Below are positions 7,646 through 17,653 of a stretch of DNA of 64,000 nucleotides, one piece after another. The stretch covers positions 16,198-80,197 of the IMG/VR virus record IMGVR_UViG_3300045988_081432; one strand, 5' to 3'. Positions within the stretch are counted from its first letter, which is position 1. Every line of letters begins with the position of its first letter. Made by a program: the position numbers and the translations under genes. The stretch is from a virus. The notes below the pieces were generated by a model. The model was not told the DNA's origin. It worked only from the letters and a program-made list of their open reading frames with translations, and searched no databases.

Positions 7646-8701
7646 ATGGCTATTGCTAAAAAAGGAAAACAAATCGGAGAAGAGACGAAGAAGAAACTGA
7701 TTTGCATTAGTTGTGGCTGTGGAGTTCAAAATAATTTCAATGCCACAAAAGACGAATATCATAAGTTCTTTAATAAGATACCATATTGTAAGGATTGTGT
7801 CAAGTCTATTTATAAAGGATACTTGGTAAAATACAATGGTAATACAAACCTTGCTATTTATTTTACTTGTAGAAAAATTGATATTCCGTACATTCATCAA
7901 GCGTATTTGGCGGCTATGAAAGAATCTCAGAATGAAAACTCTGTGTTAAATGGAGAAGAGAACCTATTGCCAATTTACCTAAAGAATCTTGCATTCGCAG
8001 ATAAAAATGGTTGGGGTTCGAGCTTTGATGATTCTCAGGGCGAAAACAATATTGAAGGTCTTAGTAACTACGATGTTTATACAAAAATTAAACGTCCTAA
8101 GAAAGTTACTAGCGAGCTTGACGATGACGATAATTATGAAGATATTGAATTTAGTACAGCATATTTGCAAAGTGTATGGGGAAGATTTGATAATGATGAC
8201 CTAGCATATCTTCAAAATGAATATATGGATTGGGAATCCAAACTAGGCCAAATTGATACCAAAGATATTGATATTATTGTTAGACAGATTTGTTATCAAA
8301 CCCTTGACATTAATAAAGCTCGTGAAAATGGTGAAGATGTTACAAAGAAACTAAACGCTCTAACTTCACTTATGAATAATGGTGGCTTGCTTGAAAAACA
8401 GAATAGGGCCGTCCAAAATTCTAAGGTTGTTGGTCAGCGCATTGAAGATATTGAAACATTTAGACCTGTTAAGAAAGCCGACCCTGAATTAGCAGATGTA
8501 GATAATGTTAATTTGTTATTTGATGCGTTTGCTGGTTGTACTGCAAGGGCTTTGGGTAAAAATAATAAATATGTTGAAAAATTTGAAAAGGAGTTTGAAC
8601 CTTGGAGTATTGATATAATTGAAAAGGGTAAAGCTCAACTTCTTGGAACGGAGAGTGATGGAGAATGTCAGAGTCAGACAAAATTACAATCCGAAGACTA
8701 A
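7646..8701 (+). CDS. putative terminase small subunit (Zn-ribbon protein)
   Basis: Lies immediately upstream of and overlapping terL. It contains CISCGCG...CKDC cysteine pairs. The call rests on position only. Confidence 0.4.
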   Translation: MAIAKKGKQIGEETKKKLICISCGCGVQNNFNATKDEYHKFFNKIPYCKDCVKSIYKGYLVKYNGNTNLAIYFTCRKIDIPYIHQAYLAAMKESQNENSVLNGEENLLPIYLKNLAFADKNGWGSSFDDSQGENNIEGLSNYDVYTKIKRPKKVTSELDDDDNYEDIEFSTAYLQSVWGRFDNDDLAYLQNEYMDWESKLGQIDTKDIDIIVRQICYQTLDINKARENGEDVTKKLNALTSLMNNGGLLEKQNRAVQNSKVVGQRIEDIETFRPVKKADPELADVDNVNLLFDAFAGCTARALGKNNKYVEKFEKEFEPWSIDIIEKGKAQLLGTESDGECQSQTKLQSED

Positions 8702-9908
8702 AGAAAAAACGTGCCACACTTCAAGAGCAATACAATGAAAATTTTGAGGCATGGGTTGGGTATTGGAGAGCGAACCCTCAAAGATTTATTACTGAATATC
8801 TAGGTTTACCATTGTATGATTTTCAAAAAGTTTTAATTTGGGAAATGAATAATACTGCAAACTATATATTTATAGGGAGCAGAGGCATAGCGAAGTCTTC
8901 TCTAACATTAGATTTCTGTTGTCAAATGGCTATTCTTTATCCGGGTCTCAAAATTCTTGTTGTTTGTCCTGTTAAATCGCAGAGTAAACAATTCGTTAAG
9001 AAGATTTATGAATATATGCGAATGAGTAAGAACCTAGAACAGGAAATCAAAGTTGATGAGATTAAGATTGGCGTTAATGAATGTCAGGTTCCGTTCAAAA
9101 ATGGTTCTACAATTTTTACTGCGACGTACAGTGAAAATGCCCTCGGATTGAGAGCTAATATATTAATTGTTGATGAATTTGTCCGTACAGAGAAAGAAGT
9201 TATTACTCGTGTTTTTGACCCTATGCTTTCCGACCCAAGAAAACCAAGATATCTTGATTTAACAAGAGAGCAAAGAGCAGAAGAATACAAACACGAAGAA
9301 TTAAGAAAGATTTACCTATCTTCAATTAGACGTGCGGATGAGTGGTCTTATAAGACCTTTGAGGATTATATAAACTGGATGACAGACGGCAATAGAGATT
9401 ATTGCGCAACAGTTGTTAGTTATGCTCTTGGTGTTAAAAATGGGTTTATTAGCAAAAAGAAAGTAGAGGACACTTTTAAATCCAATCTGGAAAATATTAA
9501 CATTTTACAGGCAGAATATAACTGTATTGCAGAACGTGGTACTGGCAACTCTTATTTCACATATAAAATGATGGATAGAGTTAGAACTAACTCCAAAGCA
9601 TTCTGTTGTATGTCTGATGAGGAATATATTCAGTATAAAGATTGTAGAGAAAAATACCCTTACTATCAAGAAAAACTACCCAATGAAATTAGGTTGCTGT
9701 GTATGGACGTTGCTGTTATTGAATCTAGCAAAAACGACAATACTGCATTTTTTATTATTAGGTTAATTCCTGATAGTGGAAGATATACAATTATTGTACC
9801 ATACGCAGATAGTATGCATGGTCTAAACTCAATCGCTCAAACTAAGAGAATGAAACAATTATTTTATGAGTTTGAATGCGATTATATGATACTTGATACA
9901 CAAGGCGT
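8665..9908 (+). CDS. terL: terminase large subunit, exon 1
   Basis: Contains Walker A GSRGIAKSS, Walker B ILIVDEF and the nuclease-domain motif LLCMDVAV. The reading frame runs into stops shortly after ...MILDTQG. Confidence 0.85.
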
Positions 9909-10168
9909 GAAATGCTTGCGCCAATTATATAGTAATATATAATTAAGTATTGCGGAAAAAACTGGAAGGCTGAAACGCTAATCAGAGTGGAAGTTATATA
10001 ATAATATATATAACACACGCAACGCATAGAGATTGAAACTATTTATAGAATATAACATCTCCAAGAGTCCGCAACTCCTATTTAAATTTAGGATGAAAAG
10101 ATATGCTGAACTAATACGAATGGTAAGTATTAGAATTTAGAGATAAAAAGCTCTAAAGATAACAAATG
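9909..10168 (+). ncRNA. group I intron without an ORF in terL; the 3' end is either G10168 or G10171
   Basis: P1 pairs exon GGCGU (9904-9908) with intron GCGCC (9918-9922), with a U-G wobble at the splice site. The intron ends in G. The J8/7-P7-like sequence AAGAUAUGC (10098-10106) pairs with GCAUA (10024-10028). Splicing restores ...DTQGV(G)ISIFDYATTE... Confidence 0.7.
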
Positions 10169-10700
10169 AGGTATTTCTATTTTTGACTATGCTACCACGG
10201 AAACCTATGATGAAAACCGTGGTGTTACTTACCCTGCATGGACGGTAGTTAACCCAGAAGATATCAAGATGGTCAACCGTACTATTGATAGAAATGCAGT
10301 ACCCGTAATTTATTCTGTTAAAACTCCAATCCAGTTGAAGTCTGCTATGTTTAGTAATATGCGTGATTTGATTACCGATGGGCGAGTTAATCTACTTGTT
10401 GATAGCCAAGAGGGTCTTGATTATATGATGAAGAACTATCAGTATTACAAGATTGAAGATGAGGATTTAAAGAAACGTCTTATGAATCCTTATGTACAAA
10501 CTAATCGGCTTGTTGATGAGGCAATCAGTTTGGAACAGGTGGTTACTCAGGGCTATATTAACCTAAAGGAAAAAGCTGGAAATCGTAAAGACCGTGTTAT
10601 GTCTTTGGCTTACGGTCTTTGGTACGCCAAATTGTTGGAAGACCAATACATCAATAAACAAGAAACTAATAGTCTATTAGACTGGACATTCTTTGGATAA
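10169..10700 (+). CDS. terL: terminase large subunit, exon 2
   Basis: The frame is open from 10170 upstream of the track Met at 10269. It continues the nuclease domain. Exons 1 and 2 together make 1776 nt, which is in frame. Confidence 0.8.
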
Positions 10701-10727
10701 TTATTTTAAGAAAGTGAGGTGAGATGT

Positions 10728-12401
10728 TTGCCAAGAAAAAAGAAAGTTGAACAAGAAACGCTGTCTGAGAAACAGGTTAATGATGTTCTAAATGCGTATG
10801 ATTATTTTATGAATTTCTCTGATTCTTATAATCGCAGTTATTATAGTGGTGGCGCTGATTATAATACGCCAGATACTATTAATAGAAGGCTAAAAGATAT
10901 TAACTTAACACAAGTTGATACTACCGTAGCAGATATTGAAAAGGCTTTAAAGAACGCGAAGGATTCAGAGGAAATTCTTTCTAATTATGCACAGACGCTT
11001 GAGATTACAAATATGTCCTTTAAGCGTCTAACGCAATATTTGCCAAATCTGGCGGCATTTAACTTAACTTTTGACCCAATCAATGTCACAAAAGAATCTG
11101 AACTAAAGTCTAAAGAATTTAAGAAAGATTTGGCTAAAGTAGATGAGTTTTGTAACAAGTTCGATTATCGCACAGAATTTGCGACTGCTATGCGTCAGTG
11201 TTTTAGACAAGGTGCAATGTTTAGTGTTCTCCGTGATGAAGGAGACAAATATACTCTTCAAGAGCTTCCAAAACAATTTTGCAAGATTACTGGGCGTTTT
11301 GACTATGGTTATTTGTATGACTTTGATATGACATGGTTTTTAAATATGGATGGTGTTGATATTGATATGTACCCCACTATCTTCAAACGTATGCTAAATC
11401 GGATTCAAAAGAACCATAACAAACCTTATGACCCTGCAAGACGTTTGCAATCAAGAAATACTGGCTTTAATTATTGGCAACAGACTTCTCCTGAAAATGG
11501 GTTCTGGTGTTTTAAGCTCGACCCAGAACTAGCAACTATTTTGCCTTATTATTCGGGCATTCTTGGTAATGCTAGTTTCCAGCCTGTTGTTAGAGGTCTA
11601 CAACAGGATAAATACTTTATTGATGCTTCTAAGATTCTGGTTGGTATCCTTGGGTTCAATAAAGAACAGAAGAGTGGTCAGGTCGCCAACTCTATTAATA
11701 TGACACCTGAGATGATTGGTAAATTCTTAGGTGTTGCTCGTAAAGGACTAAATAGCCAGATTGGTTTAGCTGTGCTGCCCACTGACGATGTTAAAGCTGT
11801 AGATTTTAGTGTTTCAAATACCAATTCCGATGTTGACTATGCAAGCTCTGTTGTTAAACAAAGTGTTGCTTCTAGTGAAGCCCTGTTTGGAACTGAAAAG
11901 CTAAATAGTCATCAGTCTAAACTAGCTTCTCAGATTGATAATAATACTATTGAAGCGCTTTATCCTATGTTTGCTAATTTTATGGAATTTTTTATTAATA
12001 GAATGACCGAGAAATATAAATTCAAAGTTCGTTTCCATGATGAAAATGTCCCTGACCAAAAGGCAGAGCGCAAAGCGCTATTCAATGATTTTTCTAAGAT
12101 AGGATTTGTAGATATGCAGCTTGCCGCCCGTTGCAATGATATGAATGTATTCGAGTATACAAGACACTTACAAATTTCCAAGAATTGTTTTGATGTTAAG
12201 GGGATGGTCATTCCTCTAAATCAATATCTAACTCCCCCTGTACAAACTAGAACTGGTACTAGCACAACAACAAAACCACCAGAGAATCCTCTTACTAAAG
12301 GTAGCGTTGGTAGACCACCAAAACCTGAGAGTGATTCTGAGTCTACGGAAGCAAGTTGGGCGAGAGGTTCTAATGAACTCAAACAGGAATTTAACGATTA
12401 A
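10728..12401 (+). CDS. portal protein (call based on position)
   Basis: ~557-aa ORF directly after terL. TTG 10728 lies 8 nt after GAGG; the track starts at GTG 10719. Confidence 0.6.
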   Translation: MPRKKKVEQETLSEKQVNDVLNAYDYFMNFSDSYNRSYYSGGADYNTPDTINRRLKDINLTQVDTTVADIEKALKNAKDSEEILSNYAQTLEITNMSFKRLTQYLPNLAAFNLTFDPINVTKESELKSKEFKKDLAKVDEFCNKFDYRTEFATAMRQCFRQGAMFSVLRDEGDKYTLQELPKQFCKITGRFDYGYLYDFDMTWFLNMDGVDIDMYPTIFKRMLNRIQKNHNKPYDPARRLQSRNTGFNYWQQTSPENGFWCFKLDPELATILPYYSGILGNASFQPVVRGLQQDKYFIDASKILVGILGFNKEQKSGQVANSINMTPEMIGKFLGVARKGLNSQIGLAVLPTDDVKAVDFSVSNTNSDVDYASSVVKQSVASSEALFGTEKLNSHQSKLASQIDNNTIEALYPMFANFMEFFINRMTEKYKFKVRFHDENVPDQKAERKALFNDFSKIGFVDMQLAARCNDMNVFEYTRHLQISKNCFDVKGMVIPLNQYLTPPVQTRTGTSTTTKPPENPLTKGSVGRPPKPESDSESTEASWARGSNELKQEFND

Positions 12402-12415
12402 TTGAGGTGATATAA

Positions 12416-12676
12416 TTGGCACTATCTAAAGAAGTGATTAAGGCTCTAAATAGCTCTAATGGTCTAACTCAGTCTCTAAATGTCGGGCAGGCTATTTCTG
12501 ACGCTATTGATGAATGTGGTGGTTCTACTACCAATGTGCAAAATGTTACTAATGTAATTGATGCACCTAAGATTGCACACCACGATAAGCTAGATGGTAA
12601 TGTTACAATTGCTACTCTAAAAACTGCCTACAATTCTCTTATAGACGACCTAATTAAGGTCGGTCTAATGGAGTAA
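12416..12676 (+). CDS. hypothetical head-module protein
   Basis: TTG start 5 nt after a GAGGTGA RBS. 86 aa. Confidence 0.5.
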   Translation: MALSKEVIKALNSSNGLTQSLNVGQAISDAIDECGGSTTNVQNVTNVIDAPKIAHHDKLDGNVTIATLKTAYNSLIDDLIKVGLME

Positions 12677-12707
12677 TTATATGTTAAATTTAATGAAAGG
12701 AGGTGAC

Positions 12708-14372
12708 ATGAGATTGGAGAATAAAAGTTTATATTTCACATTTGGTATTGACGACGTAAATGTTATTGAAGACGATGATAGATTTGCTATCACTAAGATT
12801 CGTGCATTTGCAGAAAAAGAGAATAGTCATACTCAGCCAATTTCTTTTGATTCTCTTAAAACGACTGCTAATACTATTTATAATGTTCCTGTTGTAGTTG
12901 AGTTTACTGATTGGAATGATGACGGTATTGGTACTCACTCTAAGGCAGAAATCCCGGTTGGGTTTGTTTACTCTGAAAACAATCCTGTCACCTTTGAATA
13001 TGATGAAGAGCGAGACAAGAATTTCTTGACTATTAAAGCTCTTATTTGGAAAAACTATTCTAAAAATATTGTTGATATTATTCATAGTTCCAATGACAGA
13101 AAGAAAGTATCTGTTGAAATGACCACTACTGATTATCAAGATAATGGCCCATTTGATAAACCAGACGTTTATAGTTGGAAATATCAAGCTATTACTATTT
13201 TGTCAGACCAAGTTGCAGAGGCTTGTAAGGGAAGCAATGTTCAGCTTATGAAATTCTCTAAGGATAAAGAAAATTATATTAAAGAAAATTTTGCTGACAA
13301 AATTTCTATTGATAATTCTAAAGAAGCCGCTACAAGTGGCGAGTGGTCTAATCCCGGTCAGAAGCTATTCAAGCCAATTACAGAAGCGTCTAACGCAAAG
13401 TCTTTGCTAAAAGAGGCATATTTAATTGGTGATTTCTCCGACAATGAGTATGAAATTACGAAATTCAAGTATCCACATCACGTTGTTCGTGATGGTAAAC
13501 TTATTGTTCATAAAGATGGCTTGCAGTCCGCATTCTCTAGGGCTGCACAGCAGGGAATTGTTAAAGGAGACGTGAAGTCCCACTTGCTGAAACACTATCG
13601 TGAGCTTGGTTTGGATACACAAAATTTTGCAGAATTTGGTTTCTCGCAAGATGAGTTCAACCAGTATTTTGCAGAAGATTATAAACAGGACGAGGGTGAA
13701 AACGTGGAAGAAGAGAAGAAAGTAACAGAAGCCGAAGTCACTGAGACCAAGAAGGAAGATGAGACTAAGGTGGAGGAAGCGGAAGCAGCCGAAGAAAAGA
13801 CCGAGAAAAAGGTTGAAGAGGCTTGTGAAACCGAGACCATCACAGAATCTTGCGAAACTAAAATGGGTAGTGACAAGAAAATGGCTGACGATGAAGACGG
13901 TAAAGATGATGATTCCGATGAGCGTCATGATGAGCCTGACAATGACGATGATGACAATAAGGAAAATATGTCTCTTGAAGAAGCTATGTCTGAAATTTCT
14001 AATCTAACTGCTGAAAATGAAAAACTAAAAAAGGACAATGAAGCATATATGGCTAAATTTGAAGCCATGTCTGATTATGATGAACTAAAGGCTTTTAAGT
14101 TTGCAGCAGAAGAAAAAGAAAAGCAAGAAGCTAATATGGTTAAGATGTGTGAAGTCCTAGACGAAATCTCTGAAAAGGGCGTTGAAATGTCTGAGGATGA
14201 ACGTAATGCTTATATCGCTAAATTTAGCGAATATGATAGTGTAGCCGCATGGAGTAACATGGTAAAAGCCGCAGAGTTTGACCGAGTTGGTGCTCCCTCT
14301 GGCAACATTCACAAGATTGGTCTACCTTATGGAGAGAAGAAGAAATCTACTGGTTCCATTTGGGACAATTAA
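12708..14372 (+). CDS. putative prohead protease/scaffold-like fusion protein
   Basis: ATG 12708 follows AAAGGAGGTGA. The N-terminal globular domain contains GTHSKAEIPVGF. It is followed by a very acidic E/K/D-rich segment and a coiled-coil C-terminus. The gene lies between portal and capsid. Confidence 0.4.
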   Translation: MRLENKSLYFTFGIDDVNVIEDDDRFAITKIRAFAEKENSHTQPISFDSLKTTANTIYNVPVVVEFTDWNDDGIGTHSKAEIPVGFVYSENNPVTFEYDEERDKNFLTIKALIWKNYSKNIVDIIHSSNDRKKVSVEMTTTDYQDNGPFDKPDVYSWKYQAITILSDQVAEACKGSNVQLMKFSKDKENYIKENFADKISIDNSKEAATSGEWSNPGQKLFKPITEASNAKSLLKEAYLIGDFSDNEYEITKFKYPHHVVRDGKLIVHKDGLQSAFSRAAQQGIVKGDVKSHLLKHYRELGLDTQNFAEFGFSQDEFNQYFAEDYKQDEGENVEEEKKVTEAEVTETKKEDETKVEEAEAAEEKTEKKVEEACETETITESCETKMGSDKKMADDEDGKDDDSDERHDEPDNDDDDNKENMSLEEAMSEISNLTAENEKLKKDNEAYMAKFEAMSDYDELKAFKFAAEEKEKQEANMVKMCEVLDEISEKGVEMSEDERNAYIAKFSEYDSVAAWSNMVKAAEFDRVGAPSGNIHKIGLPYGEKKKSTGSIWDN

Positions 14373-14402
14373 AAATTATTAATTTTAGGAGGAAATTTTA
14401 CT

Positions 14403-14948
14403 ATGTATGATGTTCTAATTAAGAACGGCTATGCGGCTCTAAATGTTGATAACTGGAACCGTACTGTCGTATGCGAAGAGGACGTACCCAACGGTGCAGT
14501 TTTTGCTCTAAGTGAGTATTCTACCGATGCTGATAGCAAGATTGTTTGGAAGGCTGGCAAGCCTGCCGCAGACGCAAAGAATCTATGGATGGCATCTAGC
14601 CCCGAAGTCGTTATTACTACTCTACCTGACGGCACTGAGCTAAAGGGTATTGATAACAATATCCGCGATTTCGTAAATATCAAGGGGCATCCTATTGATG
14701 CTTTCAAGCTAATCGAAGACGATGTTCTTACTATCGTTCCTAGTGAGACTAATGCAACTGAAATGGCTACTGCAAAGTTCCTAATTCCTGATACTACTAA
14801 GTTCACCCTAAAGGCACAGGCTACGGCTACCGCTCCTACTGCTGGTATGTATCTAAAGGCATTGGGTGCCACTACCGCTCATATTGGCGATGGCAACCTA
14901 GTTAAGAAGGCAGTTACCGCTTACAAGTTCGTTGTATGTGTAGCTTGA
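14403..14948 (+). CDS. head protein, possibly a decoration or scaffold protein
   Basis: Strong AGGAGG RBS. Codon usage is C-ending and expression-biased, like the capsid gene. It lies directly upstream of the major capsid gene. Confidence 0.5.
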   Translation: MYDVLIKNGYAALNVDNWNRTVVCEEDVPNGAVFALSEYSTDADSKIVWKAGKPAADAKNLWMASSPEVVITTLPDGTELKGIDNNIRDFVNIKGHPIDAFKLIEDDVLTIVPSETNATEMATAKFLIPDTTKFTLKAQATATAPTAGMYLKALGATTAHIGDGNLVKKAVTAYKFVVCVA

Positions 14949-14977
14949 TGATATTTTAAGAAAAGGAGAATAATACT

Positions 14978-16069
14978 ATGAATGAGAAGACTCTAGCTTT
15001 CTCCGGCGATATGACTGCCGAAGTAAAGATTAAGGATTATTTTAATGACTATGCAAAGCAGCGTGGTCAGTACGACGGCCCTGTTGACACTTCTATCTCT
15101 TTTGCCGAGAAGGAGAAGAAGATTAATGACCTACTGATGGCAGAAGTTAAGAAGCTATCTGGTCTGGATTTCAATAATTCTTTTGCCTCCATTGAGATGA
15201 TGGCTAAGAATCCCACTTTCCAGTGGGCATACATGGCTGTTATTGATGCCGCCATTGATATGGTTCTACCTGATTTTGTAGACCGTACTACCAGTGTCTA
15301 TACCGAAATGCGTAATGGCGCTATTGGTGATAGCTTTAAGTTTGATGTTGAGTCTAACGACCTGTTTATTGTCTCCAAGGCTGGTCGGAATCAGCGTAAT
15401 ACTGAGTTCCAGCGTGAAGATATTGGGCAGCGTTCTATCATCCCCTTCAACCACAATATTTCTGTTGCTTCCAATAAGTACAAGGCTCTGTGTGGCAAGG
15501 AATCCATGGCTCGTTTCCTGATGAAGGCTGTTCTATCTATGGAAGCAGAACTAACCAAGGAAATTGCTCTAGCATTTGCTACCGCCATGGATGATGTTAA
15601 GGACAATGGCGCAGAGGCTCTACACGTTGCTGGTCTAGCGGACAAGAGCGTTATTAAGCTAATTCAAACTGTTTCTGCTTATAACCGTGCTCCCGCTATT
15701 CTGATGGGTACTATGAGCGCTGTTCATGACCTACTTCCTCAGTCTGCTAATCTGCGTATGATGGTTGATTCCGATTACGTTCGTGTTGGCTATATCTCTA
15801 ACATTTATGGTACTGATGTAATGGTTATGCCTCAGTATGCCGATTATGCCGCTGCTGACCAGTACAAGCTGGCTCTGCCTGATGATAAGATTTATGTCAT
15901 CAGCCCCTCTGCTCAGAAGCCTGTCAAGCTGTGCCTAGAGGGTGCTACTACCTCTAACACTGTTGATAGCAATGCAGATGCAGACCTGACCACCAATACT
16001 ACTATCAATAAGAGCTGGGGTATCGGTGTCATCACCAACGCTATTGCTGGTGTCATCACTGTCAGCTGA
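14978..16069 (+). CDS. major capsid protein (call based on position and composition)
   Basis: 363 aa with an AAGGAGA RBS and strongly biased codon usage. A terminator hairpin follows. Confidence 0.6.
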   Translation: MNEKTLAFSGDMTAEVKIKDYFNDYAKQRGQYDGPVDTSISFAEKEKKINDLLMAEVKKLSGLDFNNSFASIEMMAKNPTFQWAYMAVIDAAIDMVLPDFVDRTTSVYTEMRNGAIGDSFKFDVESNDLFIVSKAGRNQRNTEFQREDIGQRSIIPFNHNISVASNKYKALCGKESMARFLMKAVLSMEAELTKEIALAFATAMDDVKDNGAEALHVAGLADKSVIKLIQTVSAYNRAPAILMGTMSAVHDLLPQSANLRMMVDSDYVRVGYISNIYGTDVMVMPQYADYAAADQYKLALPDDKIYVISPSAQKPVKLCLEGATTSNTVDSNADADLTTNTTINKSWGIGVITNAIAGVITVS

Positions 16070-16096
16070 TTGCTTGTTAAATTTTAAATAATTGCT

Positions 16097-16130
16097 CTAC
16101 TCCTTCGGGAGTAGGGTTTATATTATTTTT
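16097..16130 (+). terminator. terminator hairpin after the capsid gene
   Basis: CTACTCC-ttcg-GGAGTAG forms the stem-loop, followed by a T-rich tract. Confidence 0.55.
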
Positions 16131-16149
16131 GGATTAAAAGGGGTATAAA

Positions 16150-16779
16150 ATGGCGACTAATACACAGAGAATTGAAAACCTTGAAAAGGGTATGTCAGAA
16201 ATGCAGGGTACGCTTGGTGAGATTCTTGCTGCACTACGCGGTTTTTCTACTTCCTCTGCTCAAAATGAATCTGTTGCAGTTGTACACGAGGATAACCCAT
16301 CCGAAGAAGATTATACAGAACCAGAGGACGGAAAGAGCATTCGTGTTCGCAGTCTGTTTAATGGGACTCTTAATCTTACTTATGGGGATAGACGCTTTGT
16401 TACTTTTAATAAGTACGGCGACGAAAATCGTGTGCTATACCGTGACTTGATTCAAATTGTGAATATGAATCACAAGTTTGCGGAAGAAGGATACTTTGAA
16501 ATTGAGGATGCAAGTGCCGTTTATTTTCTTGGTATGACTTATGCTTATAATAATATTATTAAGTATAAAGACATCGAAAATATTTGCAGTTATTCCGATG
16601 ACAAAGTGAAGACTCTAATTGAGAACGCAAGTGACTATCAGAAAAGCCTAGTAGCAAATCGCGTTGCTCATCAAATTGTTGATGGTAAGAACGTAGACTA
16701 CAACAAGGTCAATTTGATTAATAAGTTGTGTTCCGTAGATATTAGTAAGCGCGCAGAGTCTATTCGCTCACTTGCTTAA
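16150..16779 (+). CDS. hypothetical head/connector protein
   Basis: 209-aa ORF in the co-directional late-gene array. Confidence 0.55.
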   Translation: MATNTQRIENLEKGMSEMQGTLGEILAALRGFSTSSAQNESVAVVHEDNPSEEDYTEPEDGKSIRVRSLFNGTLNLTYGDRRFVTFNKYGDENRVLYRDLIQIVNMNHKFAEEGYFEIEDASAVYFLGMTYAYNNIIKYKDIENICSYSDDKVKTLIENASDYQKSLVANRVAHQIVDGKNVDYNKVNLINKLCSVDISKRAESIRSLA

Positions 16780-16805
16780 ATTATTTTAAATAAGAAAGGC
16801 GGTGA

Positions 16806-17357
16806 ATGGGATTGAACAATATTAGTTTATTTAATAATGAAATAGAAGACAAACCTGTTGAAGAACCAGACGCTCCACCAGAGCAAACACAACTTTCTGG
16901 TACAAATTTTAACGAGATTTATAAATTATTTTTAATTTCATTACAAGATTATGAGCTAAAACGGCTATTTAATGATAACCCAGAAGCAGCCGATGATTTG
17001 CTTATGTACTTCTTACTAAGAGCGATTCCGCTTTTTATAAATTGTCAGAAAGATATTGAACAATATCATCAAAATGAATCAGGGGAGTATGAATTTAACG
17101 ACACACTGACATTAACAGAAAAGACTATTCTTTCAGATTTAATGGTTCAATGCTGGCTTGACTTTATAATTTCTGATACTACTCAGCTTGGTGGTTTGCA
17201 AGATACTGACTTTAAGCGTGAATCTGCTTCTAATAATTTGAAGGAGAAAGCAAATTATGCTGATAGATGGCGAGAAAAAGTAAATCAGAAAATTATAAAC
17301 TATGGTCTAAAGAACACCCCATTTGCTGAATGGGCGGTGGGAAACTATGGACTTTAA
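16806..17357 (+). CDS. hypothetical head-tail connector protein
   Basis: 183-aa ORF in the late array between the capsid and tail genes. Confidence 0.5.
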   Translation: MGLNNISLFNNEIEDKPVEEPDAPPEQTQLSGTNFNEIYKLFLISLQDYELKRLFNDNPEAADDLLMYFLLRAIPLFINCQKDIEQYHQNESGEYEFNDTLTLTEKTILSDLMVQCWLDFIISDTTQLGGLQDTDFKRESASNNLKEKANYADRWREKVNQKIINYGLKNTPFAEWAVGNYGL

Positions 17358-17649
17358 TGGAATCAATTTTTCTGACAAAGAAATTCAAGAGTATAAACAA
17401 TCTGTAATTAATAAACTATTTGCAATTCTTGGAATTTTTGAGGATTGCGAAGCTATAAATGATTATTCTGGGTATACTGCTTACATCAAGAGGTTAACAA
17501 GGGAATTTAATGGGCTGTACAATATGTTCGGTATTGTAAATTTCCTTTCTGTTGTTAGTATTCTTGAGGGTTCGCAAGTACCCATTGAACATTCAGAGGT
17601 TAAAAGACTAGTGTTCCATTGTATCTCTTTGGTCAAAAAGGCTAGGTGA
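17347..17649 (+). CDS. hypothetical connector protein
   Basis: ATG 17347 follows a GGTGGGAA RBS; the track starts at 17323. Confidence 0.5.
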   Translation: MDFNGINFSDKEIQEYKQSVINKLFAILGIFEDCEAINDYSGYTAYIKRLTREFNGLYNMFGIVNFLSVVSILEGSQVPIEHSEVKRLVFHCISLVKKAR

Positions 17650-17653
17650 TACC

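Noticed and set aside
9909-10268. The last 11 codons of ORF 8665..9942 and the Met start at 10269, read as evidence for two separate truncated terminase genes or a pseudogene.
   Set aside because: The downstream frame is open well upstream of Met 10269. The two parts fit together as one TerL. The intervening 260 nt carry group I intron features (P1 with a U-G wobble, terminal G, and a J8/7-P7 core).
13680-13930. An apparent short tandem repetition (GAAGAAG, GAGACC, GATGA units) that could be taken for a repeat array.
   Set aside because: It is in-frame low-complexity coding sequence for an E/K/D/T-rich acidic linker of the scaffold-like protein. It has no regular period and no spacers.
12729-14872. 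Long antisense ORFs in the track: 12729..13187, 13422..13928, 13679..13876 and 14429..14872, all on the minus strand.
   Set aside because: They lie fully inside well-supported plus-strand structural genes and lack an RBS. Their low-complexity, biased translations are what the complement of E/K-rich or biased coding sequence produces.
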